A DNA stretch of 64,000 bases from Octopus vulgaris. Lineage: Eukaryota. Below are positions 12,588 through 25,264 of this stretch, in pieces (position 1 is the first letter of the stretch; every line of letters begins with the position of its first letter). The notes under the pieces are model-generated. The model saw only the letters and a program-made list of their open reading frames with translations, did no database searches and had not been told where the DNA came from. Location: assembly GCA_951406725.2 (NCBI GenBank), contig OX597820.1:94116001-94180000 (forward strand), given 5' to 3'. Both the position numbers and the translations under genes were made by a program.

Positions 12588-13040
12588 GGCGTAAGAGTGG
12601 TTGTGTGGTAAGTAGCTTGTTTACGAACTATATCGTTCCGGGTTCAGTCCCACTGCGTGGCACCTTGGGCAAGTGTCTTCTACTACATCCTCGAGTCACA
12701 GGCTACATGCCTATAATGAAGAGTAAACTATAGCCTCGGGCCGACCAAAGCCTTGTGAGTGGATTTGGTAGACGGAAACTGAAAGAAGCCCGTCGTATAT
12801 ATGTATGTATATATATGTGTGTGTGTATGTGTTTGTGTGTCTGTGTTTGTCCTCCCCAACATCGCTTGACAACCGATGCTGGTGTGTTTACGTCACCGTA
12901 ACTGAGCGGTTCGGCAAAAGATACCGATAGAATAAGTACTAGGCTTACAAAGAATAAGTCCTGGGGTCGATTTGCTCAACTAAAGGCGGTGCTCCAGCAT
13001 GGCCAAAGTCAAATGACTGAAACAAGTAAAAGAGTAAAAA
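12588..13040 (+). mobile_element. SINE family B, full length, with an internal insertion of about 45 bp
   Basis: Head, core and tail all present; extra segment 12685-12727 relative to other copies. Confidence 0.92.
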
Positions 13041-13167
13041 AAGCGTATATATATTTATTTATACATGCATACACACACATATATATTTATACATGCATAC
13101 TCACACACATATTTTTACATGCCCACACACACATGTATTTATACATGCATACACACACACACACACA

Positions 13168-13515
13168 TTGTCGTGGCACTCCGTCAGTCCCAGTTGATCC
13201 AAACAACGGAACAGCCTGCTCGTGAAATTAATGTGTAAGTGGCTGAGCACTCCACAGACACGTGTACCCTTAACGTAGTTCTTGGCGAGATTAAGCGTGA
13301 CACAGTGTGTGACAAGGCTGGCCCTTTGAAATACAGGTACAACAGAAACAGGAAGAAAGAGTGAGAAAGTTGTGGTGAAAGAAAAAAGCAGGGTTCGCCA
13401 CCACCCTCTGCCGGAGCCTCGTGGAGCCTTATATGTTTTCGCTCAATAATCACTCACAACGCCCGATCTAGGGATCGAAACCGCGATCCCTAACCACTGG
13501 GCCATTGCGCCTCCA
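13168..13515 (-). mobile_element. tRNA-headed SINE, family D
   Basis: Minus strand GTGGAGGCGCAATGGCCCAGTGGTTAGG...GGTTTCGATCCC (A/B-box-like); 3' tail shared with 53288-53475. Confidence 0.8.
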
Positions 13516-13543
13516 CACGCACACACGCACACACACACACGCA

Positions 13544-13589
<46 letters not shown>

Positions 13590-13591
<2 letters not shown>

Positions 13592-14760
13592 CAGGGTCAT
13601 TGGCGGTCTTTTATACCATTATTGTTCAAAATTAAGATCAACAAAGTTCTTTTTAAATTTGAAATATGCTCTCCTTCATTTTCTACAATGCTCTTCCATC
13701 TATCTGGTAGACTTGCAAGACCTCTCTTCAAAAATTCACTTGTCTGTGGCGAAAAATACTCTTCCAGTACTGTTCTAATATCGTCAACAGAATTCATATT
13801 TTTGAAGACTGCAGAATAAAGGATAATCAGGTGGGGCAATGTCCAGCGAATATGATGGGAGGGGCATCGTTTCCCATTCAAATTGCTCCACTGTCATCCT
13901 CACTGTATGTGGCCGAGCATTATCCAGATGGAAGAAAAATCTTTCGTCTTGAAACCAATGATGGTCGTTTTTCTTCTAGGGCTGACTAAAGCCGCTCAAG
14001 ATGCTCGCAGTAGATCTCCTTTGTTAATGTTTAGTTTGAGTTTAAAAGTTCAAAATGGACTAAAATTTCCATGTCCCACCAAAGAGATAACAACACCTTA
14101 CGTGGGTATTTTGCCTTCCCCTACGCACTGTCTTCGGCGCTTGACATTTTTATAGAGAATCTATTTCTCGTCACCAAGAAAGTACATTCGTGTGACGTGA
14201 CAGTAAAGAAGAGCACACATCCACTCTCTACGCGCGATTAGACTCGGAAAGTATGTGAGGAACCTATTGACCCAAAATGGGGATTTTTCTGATGGCACGC
14301 AGGTGTCGATGAATGGTTGAATGACCAAATCCACATTTCTCTGCGAGTTCCTCAACTGGACTTTGTTTCACCAGGGTTTGCAAGACATCCTTGTCGAGCT
14401 CTACAAATATTTCAGAACCAAGCTCGTCTTCTAGACTGTAGTTTCCGGCTCAGAATTTCTGGAACCACCGTTGACACTAGCTTATGCTTATCATCCGATC
14501 CCCTTTCGTTTATTGCCTGGTGATAAGAGGACAGTCTTGAGACAAAATATACGCGGCAAAAAGAACTGAGAAACAGTGACTATATTCAAACTCCGAGTTT
14601 TTGTCAAACGAACTCGATGGATGATTTAGAAAACTAAACTGAATGCCTTTCTCTCGAACTGAGTTTCAAATTTTTGCTATCGTTAGTGGCATGACGATTC
14701 ACAAGATAGAAATTGCATGTATGTGCGTCAGTATTCTGGCACGCATAAAAGTGCCAGTAT
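13590..14760 (-). mobile_element. Decayed mariner (Tc1/mariner, DD34D-type) transposon; transposase pseudogene
   Basis: Minus-strand frames give CQRWFQKF (HTH), GFGHSTIHRHL, GQ*VPHIL (WVPHEL motif), GDEK*ILYKN, FHLDNARPH, SYSLDIAPPDYPLF (YSPDLAPSDY motif) and GLASLPDRWKSIVENEGE. Several stops and frameshifts. Only 31 residues separate the 2nd and 3rd Asp (small deletion). Left end lies at TA; right end uncertain. Confidence 0.92.
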
Positions 14761-15129
14761 AGATATATATGGAGCTAAGGATCCCAAGGGACGTAAATTT
14801 AGCTTCATAATGAATTACATATATATGTTGTTCTTTGAAGTCAGAACTGAATTGTGATGCGTTAAGTACAATTACAGAGTAAGGAATGTGCACATGTTTA
14901 TTGCATTAAGTGTGCTCTCGCCTCTAATGATTAAGCTAATTTTAAGATGGTTTTTATTTTATGAGCGATTATACACCAGTAAATATAAATTATGTATAAG
15001 TTTGAATCTGTGTTCGCGTGCGTTCGCGCGTCTGTGTGCGTGTGTGTGTGTGCGAGTGAAAACTGCGATTCATTACATACGTTCGGAGATATACATATAT
15101 ATATATACACACACACACACATATGATAG

Positions 15130-15284
15130 ATCGCTATCCAGAACACATTCTTTATTTTCTCTCCTTGTTTCTTTCTGTGGAAGAGCGTAGGTACGAAACG
15201 TTAAAGACTTTTTCAATTCCCAAGCGTTATAATAATACATCTATTTGTTGTCTACACCACAGGTCTTCGTCTTTTTTTTTGTGA

Positions 15285-15290
<6 letters not shown>
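15130..15290 (+). mobile_element. Penelope-like terminal fragment with decayed hammerhead motif (15170-15207)
   Basis: TCTTT-CTGTGGA-A-GAGCGTAGGTAC-GAAAC-GTT-AAAGA; stem I TCTTT/AAAGA; embedded in (TA)n. Confidence 0.5.
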
Positions 15291-15330
<40 letters not shown>

Positions 15331-15374
15331 CGCATATATACACAGATATATATTCATATATATATATATATATA

Positions 15375-15521
15375 TGCGTAACTGATACCTATTTTATCGA
15401 CCCCGAAAGGATGAAAGGCAAAGTTGACCTCAGCGGAATTTGAACTCAGAACGTAACGGCAGACGAAATACCGCAAAGCATTTCGCCCGGCGTGCTAACG
15501 TTTCTGCCAGCTCACCGCCTT
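15375..15521 (-). mobile_element. SINE family A, 3'-truncated
   Basis: Near-consensus head and core. Confidence 0.88.
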
Positions 15522-16055
15522 GAGTCTGTTTATATAACGAAAACATGGACGTAGGTATGTCTACGTGTTTAAGAAGGTTACTTCTCAACGAAGTGGCTCG
15601 GCTTTCGATCCTAGTGCCTTGTATTTTTCGCATGTATCTTCCTCTATTGCATCCAGTTAACATATCATTGGTGTGTAAAGTGTAATCTATGTGTATGGCA
15701 TAGAGGTTGTATAGCATTATTGATGCATTGTGTATATATTGTATAATATAGTAATTGTATAGGATATGTGCGAAATAGATATGTATGATATAGTTCTATT
15801 TAATACACATCTATTGATATGAATAGAGAAGGTGCTATGCTATATGGTAGCGTTGTGCATATTTTAGCTTTTGTATAGTATATAGTGTAGTAGGTGTTTT
15901 GCTTATGTAACGAGTGTATTTTGTATAGAGGTTGTATAACTGTTGTATAGTATGTGCTATGTAGCATAGATTTGTATAGCAAACACTTTTGAAAAGTAAA
16001 TTCACAAAAGTATATAGTATACAGACTACAGTACAATTGCTTTATAGTATGTATA

Positions 16056-16281
16056 TCGGTTTCAAATTTTTGCGGACGATCAGCAATTTCGGGGAAAGGG
16101 GTAAGCCGATTATATCGAGCCCACTGCTCAGTTGGTACTTATTTCATCAACAATGAAATAAATACCAATGATGAAATGCAAAGTCGGCCATGGCTGAATT
16201 TGAACTCAGAAAGTAAAGATAGACGAAATGCCGCTAAGCATTTTACCTGGTGCAGTAACGATTCTGCAAGCTCGCCGCCTT
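16056..16281 (-). mobile_element. SINE family A, diverged
   Basis: Head ...GCTCGCCGCCTT and short tail present. Confidence 0.8.
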
Positions 16282-16306
16282 CATTATAGTGTGAATATCG
16301 TGTAAT

Positions 16307-16576
16307 GAAGGCACCTAGACTAGTGGTTAGAATGCTGCACTCACAATTGTGAGACTGTGGTTTCGATTTCCAGACAGACACTGTACTCTGGACCAAAATA
16401 ACTTCATTTCACGTCGCTCTAGTCCACTCGGTTATAAACAAGTTACGAACTGGCGCCCCGCTTTTCCGCCTGGCCAGCGGGGTGGCATCATTCGAAAGTC
16501 ACAATGCGAGGAAGCGCTTTATGACTAGCGGTGTACAGCAGCATCCGATAGTCTTGGCCGGTACAGTGATATCGTG
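16307..16576 (+). mobile_element. SINE family C variant (tRNA head, shared central module, distinct tail)
   Basis: AGTGGTTAGAATGC...GGTTTCGATTTCC...CTTCATTTCACGTCGCTCTAGTCCACTC. Confidence 0.65.
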
Positions 16577-16622
16577 TAGTATACTCAGGTATAGTACAGA
16601 GCTAATATTGTGTACATGCTCT

Positions 16623-16804
16623 AAGGCGGCGAACTGACAGAAACGTTAACACGCTGTGCGAAATGTTTAACGGTATTTCGAGGTCGACTTTGCCTTTCAG
16701 CCTTTCGGGGTCGATAAATCAAGTACCATGTGCATACTAGGGTCGATCTAATCGACTGGGCCTCCTGCTCCAAAATTTGGTGTCTTGTACTTAGAGTAGA
16801 AAAG
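16623..16804 (+). mobile_element. SINE family A, internally deleted
   Basis: Flanking repeat AATATTGTGTAC (16604-16615, 16805-16816). Confidence 0.85.
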
Positions 16805-17183
16805 AATATTGTGTACTTCCTCTGAAACAAATGAGTCTAATATGTGTATGTATAACAAATGCGTATGATATACAGGTTACATAGAATAATTGTTATACAT
16901 TGTGTGTATGTAATAGATGCGTAATAGTATATACATGCATAGTACACATGTTGTTTCATATAGTTGGTGACAAAAATAAATTGCGATTGCATTCCTTTTT
17001 CTTGAATTTCCTCCAGGAAATGTTCCGGCCCGATATGGATACCGCTTGGAAAGTTCCGAAGTAATGACGTAAGATTGAACTACTGATAAATGATATGGAA
17101 GGAAACCAAGATATGGAGGGAAACCAACAACAACAACGGACTCGCAAAGTGGAAACATAGATACGGATATACGTGTGTGTTTG

Positions 17184-17223
<40 letters not shown>

Positions 17224-17408
17224 CACACACAAGTTTAAACATAAATATATGTATACGTGTGTAGGTGCATGTACACACAAACACACACACACACACGCAT
17301 ATTTGGGTGTGCCTACACACGTATATGTTTGTGTGTGTAAAATGAGCAACATATTTTATTAGTATGATATTCTCGTATTCAAATTTAGATACGTTGAAAT
17401 AGATGTTA

Positions 17409-17590
17409 TAGTTGTTGTTGTCATCGTTAAGCTCCAGGTTAAACCTGAGTTACCAAACCTATGATCAAAAGTATTCCAGCTGTGACTATCCTGTCTTTAA
17501 ACTATGTAGGAGTACATTATGTAACAACATATTTAATATGGTAAGATGCGATGATAAGCATATTTGGTCGCTAACTTTAGCTGTTAAACC
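17409..17590 (-). mobile_element. Dispersed repeat family E (short retroposon-like, (AAC)n-ended)
   Basis: CCTATGATCAAAAGTATTCCAGCTGTGACTATCC matches copies near 1540, 5490, 7190, 33770, 38540, 55740, 62770 and 63050. Confidence 0.65.
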
Positions 17591-17710
17591 TCTTCATAGA
17601 GGCTGAACCATTGGAATAAAAGCGAGGAGGTTTGGGTTAAACTAAGTAAAGTAACCTCGTTTAATACTCGTTTAAAATATCATTGACATCGTTATTAATA
17701 CTGCTGTGTG

Positions 17711-17925
17711 AAGGTGACGATCTGGCAGAATTGTTATCGAGTCAGAGAAAATGCTCAGCAGCATTTCTTCGGGGTTATTTACGTTCCGAGTTCAAATACC
17801 GCCGAGGTCGACTTAGCCCTTCATCCTTTCCGGGTTGATAAAATAAGTACCAGTAGAACACTGGGCTCGGTGTAATCTGCTATCCCCTGCCCCCAAAATT
17901 TCAGGCCTTGTGTCTATCGTAGAAA
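17711..17925 (+). mobile_element. SINE family A, full length
   Basis: TSD-like TTATTAATACTG(C/T)TGTG on both sides. Confidence 0.88.
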
Positions 17926-18140
17926 TTATTAATACTGTTGTGAATGGAATAAATGATATCCTAGGTTTACTTCCAGGTTACTAAAAATAATAGCTACTAC
18001 GTTATTTAAAAAGAAATAACAAATCATTCCTTTCTACTCTGGGCACAAGGCCAGAAGTCCGCTTCGCAACGACGTGGTTTGCAGATCGACCCCATTGCCA
18101 TCACATATTAACCAAATGTCTGCAGTATTACCAAAACTGA

Positions 18141-18285
18141 GGTACTATTTTAGCGTGCAGTCTACCTCAGTATCTGCAGTCTGTGCTGTGAAATGACCTT
18201 AATCTATGTTAGGATTAGGGTTAGGGGTTAAGGTTTAGGGGTTAGGTTTGTTTAGGGTTAGACGACTGCATGCTAAAGTGTAACT
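18141..18285. mobile_element. Small MITE with internal TTAGGG-like repeats (Merlin-like termini)
   Basis: TIR GGTACTATTTTAGCGTGCAGTC / GACTGCATGCTAAAGTGTAACT; GGTTAG(G) repeats at 18208-18261; no clear TSD. Confidence 0.55.
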
Positions 18286-18629
18286 GTAAAGTGTACAGCA
18301 GCACCAAAATGGATTTATGCTATGAGTTGTAGCTATGATTCAGAACACTAAACTTGTCACAGACATTATCTCGCTGAATCTGTACGAGGATTATGTTAAC
18401 GGGACAAATGTCAACGAACACTCAACTAGCTAAATTATAAAACAATCATTAAATAGTTCCTTTGGTGGAACAATTTGAATATCTCCCATTGAAGTCTTTT
18501 CAAATTGCTGATTAATTTTTGTTTATCTGAATAAAGACGATCCTATATGTACGTGAAATATGAAAAAAGAAACTTCAAGATTAGTGTTTGATCAGTACAA
18601 TGTGAACAATCTGATTTGGAAATACGTAT

Positions 18630-18675
<46 letters not shown>

Positions 18676-19370
18676 ACTTATTTACTTACGCAAACTTTCT
18701 CTCTCGCATACATATAATTTACAGCAGCTATAACAATAAGGCATATTCTAGTAAGGCTATTAGTCCCGAAGAGAATAATCTTTTAATTCCTGATTAACCT
18801 CAGTCATTCAGAAAACAAGAATAATTGAAAAACTAAACGTAAATCAAATTTTATAGAAAAACAAAAATCCTTTGCCTCACATCGAGGTTTTATATCTCAT
18901 CACGAGGCTATTCTGGTCTTGGTGGCAAAAGATGAGATATAGAGGGGTGGAGGAAGAAAGAAAATCAAGGATGGAGAGAGAGAGATGGGGGGAGAGAGAG
19001 AGAGTGAGAGAGACAAAACATCAGATAAACACTTCCATACTGGTACATGTTCGGACAAGTAAGTAAGCAACAAGCTACGTTCAATTTCCGCGCAGTCTAC
19101 TACAGTTTTGTTGCTAGGTTACAGCAAGCATTTTTCTTTTTAGTTGGGTCGTTGATAATTAAATATGGCCGCTTTTAATAAACGACGAAGACTACAAACA
19201 TTAAGGAGATGCATGTCCAGCATTTCCTATCTCTTCACCGTTGGCAGATGTTTAATTTAACAACGAGAACTTAATCGATCCAGCTGAACAGCTTACGTGA
19301 AGTCCTTTGTGCATGTATTGTGTAGATGTGTCTGTGTGCAATCTGTGTGGGCCTGAAACTATAGATTATC

Positions 19371-19379
<9 letters not shown>

Positions 19380-19401
<22 letters not shown>

Positions 19402-19452
19402 TTATATTTATGCATATGTATATATGTATATATATTTATATTTATGCATATG

Positions 19453-19496
<44 letters not shown>

Positions 19497-19631
19497 GCAT
19501 ATGTATATATATATATATATATATATTTATATTTATGCATATATATATATATATATATATATTTATATTTATGCATATGTATATATGTATGTATATATAT
19601 ATATATATATATTTATATTTATGCATATGTA

Positions 19632-19663
<32 letters not shown>

Positions 19664-19709
19664 ATTATATTTATGCATATGTATATATATATATATTTAT
19701 GCATATGTA

Positions 19710-19752
<43 letters not shown>

Positions 19753-19780
19753 GCATATGTATATATGTGTGTGTGTGTGT
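19380..19780. repeat. (TA)n-based minisatellite with repeating ATTTATGCATATGT unit
   Basis: Direct reading. Confidence 0.95.
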
Positions 19781-20890
19781 ACCTTTACCTCATATACATA
19801 TATATAATATAGGCATTAGAGGAGCATAATATTCTTAAGGTATATTTATAGATTTAGGAGTTAAAAAAAGCTAAAAAATAAAATTAGCTATTTTCATGTA
19901 TATATTAATTTGTTTTATGTTCCACTGTCGTTGAAAGATGGTCTAAACACTCGTTCACACGCGCGTAGACATATACATACGCTCATAGAGACAGTGAAGT
20001 AAAGGCAGATATACATATGTACAGACAATGTTACAAACAATAACAACACGAATATAAATATGCAGACGAACATACACTCTCACACGTACAAACACGCACA
20101 CACATACACGCGCATAAATGCATAAAACAAACGCACAACATACCCAGGGAAAAACGGACACGTATCTAACAGAAACATAACTATAATGGAAAAAATAAAC
20201 TACAAGTGTTAATTTTCTTCAATGATTAAAAAGAAATAACTATGAAAATAAATAGAGAGAAAAAATAATATATTTACTAATTTATTTCTTAAATAAATAA
20301 AAGGAGAGAAAAAGTGGAAAATTTAAATGTCGAATCAAACACTAAAGGATATCTAGCGCCTCCCCCCTCCACTATTAGATAAATATATAACAATATTTTA
20401 CTTCGATAAGTGATTAGATTTGATATCAATAAATTAAGTAGTGAGTATGCTTAAACGCTCGCAACAAATATTAGGAAACTATTTATATATACATGCAACA
20501 CCATAACACCATTTTGATATTCTCTACAAACTACGTAACATTCAACGCACACACTAGCTGAATGATGCACAAAATACATATATCTCCATTATATATAAAC
20601 ATATACACACACACACACACTCTCTCTCTCTCTCTCTCTCTTGCTCTCTATCTTTCTCTCTCTCATGCACACGCAAACACATCATTTGCACAACTTGACG
20701 CGGATCATTAAAAATAGGAGTAGCTTTGTCATCTCCCTTTCATGTTCATACATTTCTGTGGCCGCCATTTTCTACAGCAAGGAAACAGACACAAGTCTCC
20801 AAGCAAGTTTCATTTAACCTCGGCTTTATCTTCCCTTGACCATCATCAACAGCGTTGCTATAGCTACAGGTTATGGTGGGAGTGGAGATG

Positions 20891-20922
<32 letters not shown>

Positions 20923-20925
<3 letters not shown>

Positions 20926-21255
20926 GGTGGCGAACTGGCAGAATCGTTAGCACGCCGGGCAAAATGCTAACGGCATTTCGTCCATTTTTACGCTTTGAGT
21001 TCAAATTGTCATTCATTCTTTTGGGGTCGATAATTTAAGTACTAGTGAAACCCTGTGGTTGATGTAATCGACTAGTCCCCATCAAAATAAATTCAGGTCT
21101 TGTGCCTATAGTAGAAAGGGTTATTATTATCAGCAGAATCGTTAGCACGCTGGGCAAAATGCTTAACAGCATTTCGCCCGGTTTTACGTTCTCAGCTCAA
21201 ATTCCACTGAGGTTGATTTTTGCCTTTCATCCTTTCGAAGTCGATAAGATAAGAA
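20923..21255 (+). mobile_element. Two adjacent SINE family A copies next to (TTA)n
   Basis: GCAGAATCGTTAGCACGC head motif at about 20938 and 21134. Confidence 0.8.
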
Positions 21256-21459
21256 GCAGTAGACTTAATCCACCACCCACTTTAACAAAACCACCTGAGC
21301 CTTGAATGCTCTGAGTGTAGTTACCAATTTTTGCAAAGTCGCTGGACAGAAAAAAAATTTCTTCACGTCTTTTCTTCAGATTGGCGTCCTTGTAAAAGGC
21401 CACAGTCTCTGCTTTACTCCTCCTAGACAGACAGACAGACAGATAGACAGATAGATATA

Positions 21460-21622
21460 TGACGGGCTTCTTTCAGTTTTTATTTACCAAATGCACTCAC
21501 AAAGCTTTGGTCGGCCCGAGGCTAGAGTAGAAGACACTTGCTCAAGGTGCTACGCAGTGAGACTGAACCCGGTGCCAGGTGGTTGGGAAACAAACTTCTT
21601 ACCACACAGCCACACCTGTGCA
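21460..21622 (-). mobile_element. SINE family B, 5' half
   Basis: GACGGGCTTCTTTCAGTTT...CCACACAGCCACACCTGTGC. Confidence 0.85.
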
Positions 21623-22276
21623 TGTATATCTAATTATTTATCTATCCATATTTATCTATCCATATGTATATATATATATATATAAATTCACATGGGTAAT
21701 ATTCGATGAAAAAATGAATAAAACAGATCTTTGTTTTTATATTTTCCTTTTAATTGTAAGACTATAACAAATGCTCGATCAGAATTCTCTCTGTCTCTCA
21801 CTCACTAACTATATGTGTATGTATATATATATATATATATAAATATCGATCCTATGTAAAGCTGGTGACATACATCTGCGCAGCTACAGTCGTTTTTCTG
21901 TACGGTTGACTTCACACAAAACAAAACTTGTACATGCTCATTACCACTTCTCTTTACTGAACTCTCTTACACACACTCACACATTACAATCGTCAGTCAA
22001 ATCACCGAGGCCACAGCTTGTTTTACTACGACAGACTTTTACATAAAATTAAAAGAAAAGAAACTCAGTAGCGATACCAATCAATACACGCACGCTCCAC
22101 ACGCACATACAGAGCGAGAGCAGCCTTTTGTGATCCATTTGGAACAAAGTTTCTTCTATAACAATAACCAGCTGAATAACATTATCAAGGAAAATATAGA
22201 GGTTAAGAGCTATCATTTTTTATAGCAATAACTTGTTGATATCAACATTATCCGTGATTATAATAAGCGACTACCC

Positions 22277-22645
22277 ATAGATACATACACACACAAATAT
22301 ATGCATACATACACACACAGATACATAGACACACAAATATATACATGCATACACACACAGATATATACATGCATACACACACAGATACATACACACACAG
22401 ATACATACACACACAAATATCTACATGCATACATACACAGATACATACACACACAAATATATACATGCATACACACACAGATACATACACACACAGATAC
22501 ATACACACACAGATACATACACACACAAATATATACATGCATACACACACAGATATATACATGCATACACACACAGATACATACACATACAAATATATAC
22601 ATGCATACACACACAAATATATACATGCATACATGCATACGTGCA
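22277..22645. repeat. Minisatellite of ATATATACATGCATACACACACA(G/A) and GATACATACACACACA units
   Basis: Direct reading. Confidence 0.95.
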
Positions 22646-23507
22646 TAACAAAACCGTGTTGTGGAAATCCAGTGTTGTCTTCAAAGGGACACTCACAGAT
22701 ACCATATTGATTTCCTTTGATCGGGTAGAAAGCCTTATTTTTGCACGAATAGGGGACGTGATCGATCATATTCGCGCGTGTTACATATTATTATTAACGG
22801 CTGCTTTATTATATAAAGCTTAGTGGTAGGGATGTATTACCTGGATCCAGTTTGAGTTTTAACGGAAACGACAGTCTCATCTTACTCAATACTGGCCGAG
22901 AGAAGGAAAATGGCTGTAGCTGTGCAATGCTGGAAAGAGTGAGTGTGTACGTATCAGTTTATGGGTGAAAAAGAGATCGCCAGGAATAATATGTGAGAGA
23001 ATGAAAGTCAGAAAGGAAGAGAAAATTAGTAAATGTGTGACAGAATGAGTGGCTGTGAATGAGTGAATGCGTATGAATGAGTTAATGAGTGCAATATATG
23101 CTTCCTGTGTTGATATTAGTGAGGATGTAGTTGATGAGGATGACGAAAAGCAGGAAAGGGAGGAGGATGGCGACCACGCCCAGACTAATACGATCGCTAT
23201 GACAACGACAACAACGAAGACTGTGCATTAAAACACTATGTATTAAAAGTAATAACTGGGTAGTAATGAAGAGAGTGAACACCTGGTAAAGAATTGTGTT
23301 TAATGGATTTGAATTGGAAAAGTACTTTTCAGGGTTGCAGTGACTGGTGGAAGGCATAGAAAAAGTTATTTTTAGAGAGAAAGCCTGGCTCAAAAGACTA
23401 ATGTAAAGACACCGAACTGCCATCTGGTAGTGTAAACCGAGTGGTGGAATAAATCTACCACCTAAGAGAGTGAACAGTTCCTCGGACCGACTTTCATACA
23501 GTTTCCT

Positions 23508-23932
23508 TATTTCTTTATTGCCCACAAGGGGATTAACATAGAGGTGACAAACAAGGACAGACAAAGGGATTAAGTCGATTACATCGACCCCAGTGCGTCA
23601 CTGGTACTTAATTTATCGACCCCGAAAGGATGAAAGGCAAAGTTGACCTCGGTGGAATTTGAACTCAGAACGTAACGGCAGACGAAATACCTATTTCTTT
23701 ACTGCCCACAAGGGGCTACACACAGAGGGGACAAAGAAGGACAGACAAACGGATTAAGTCGATTATATCGACCCCAGTGCGTAACTGGTACTTATTTAAT
23801 CGACCCCGAAAGGATGAAAGACAAAATCGACCTCGGCGGAATTTGAACTCAGAACGTAGCGGCAGACCGGTAGACGAAATACCGCAAAGCATTTCGCCCG
23901 GCGTGCTAACCTTTCTACCAGCTCGCCGCCTT
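23508..23932 (-). mobile_element. Dimeric SINE family A (long-tail form)
   Basis: Two head-to-tail units; a single 17-bp TSD ACTT(T/C)CATACAGTTTCC (23490-23506, 23934-23950). Confidence 0.92.
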
Positions 23933-24559
23933 AACTTCCATACAGTTTCCGCTGACCATATTTCATTCACAATACATATGAGATTATATGGTAGAAAGCA
24001 CTCACCCAATGATGCCGTACAATGGGACTGAACCTGAAACCATTTACTTCCGAAGCGTACTACTCAAGTTCTTTCAAATATCTCCCAAGTGTTGAGATTA
24101 GTCTGTTCTGTATGCATATAACACCGTTCTGTTCCTCATGTTAACTCGCTTGATTGATCTCGCTCATGATGTGAGAAGGCAGACGGAGCTAGTACAATAT
24201 AACCCTGCTCATAAGATGAGACACGCAATACTTCCAGCAGGAAAACAAGGCTCACGGCCAAAAGCATTGGACTGTAATCACTTTTGAGCAACTGAACGGA
24301 TATATCTAGGTGACCCACAATAAAACATGATTAGGTGATGACCTACCAAAAACCACATGGCGTTTGGTATAACGCATAAGGCTCAACTGCTAAGCCAGTA
24401 GAAACCCGAGTAACGTAAATATTTATTGCATAAAGAGAAGAGCAAAGAATCATGGTTGCAATATATTTCTATACATATATTCATACACGCACCCATATGC
24501 TTTATAACCCCATTTGTATGGTATAAGTATAGCTCCTTGTGTCCAGTAAAGGGTGATAC

Positions 24560-24592
<33 letters not shown>

Positions 24593-25264
24593 TTTTTTCT
24601 TCTCTCCTGAGATATGGCCTGATTCGAACACAGAATGTAGAAATGCGACTGTAAATACTGAAATACCACACGTATTTCTTTTGATCCACCTTTCATCCTG
24701 TTTCGTTTTTGTAAAAAAAAAATACTTTTGCGGCTTTTATCAACTTCTGCATAGACAAACAAATCAAAATTCTGCCAACGAAACACAATAGAATTTTCTG
24801 CTTAACCTATTAGTATCATATTTTTTATGACGGAAGTAATTATCATAAATCAGGAAAGTCTCGAAATAAAGAAGTATCAAATAGAAACAATGGCTTTGAA
24901 CAAGTAACTTGAGAATGGTGATGGAAAACAAACAAATATATTACGCACGAGCCAGTGAGGAAAACTCTTCGTAGTTGTTTCATCTGCCAAAAATAACAGC
25001 CAAATCTCCCTCATTTGTCTATAAAATGGACATGTGGGAAAATTTTCTTAATGGTTTAGTCAGAGAAAGCGGGACAGTGACTATGACTTTTTTTTTCAAG
25101 TCCCCTATGAAGGAAGGGAGGAAGTTATTTTCTGGTTCGAATACTTGCAACGGAGTGGACCTCTACTAAAATTACTCAAGAACCAGGTGACAGATTACGA
25201 CTGCTTTATTAAGAAAAAATGTAGTCTGGGGTGCACTCATTCTTGAATAGGGATTAGATTGAAA

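Noticed and set aside
15690-16055. Recurrent TGTATAG motif region
   Set aside because: Decayed low-complexity simple repeat with no regular period.
18208-18261. Telomere fusion relic
   Set aside because: Short, degenerate and enclosed by TIRs; better explained as transposon-internal.
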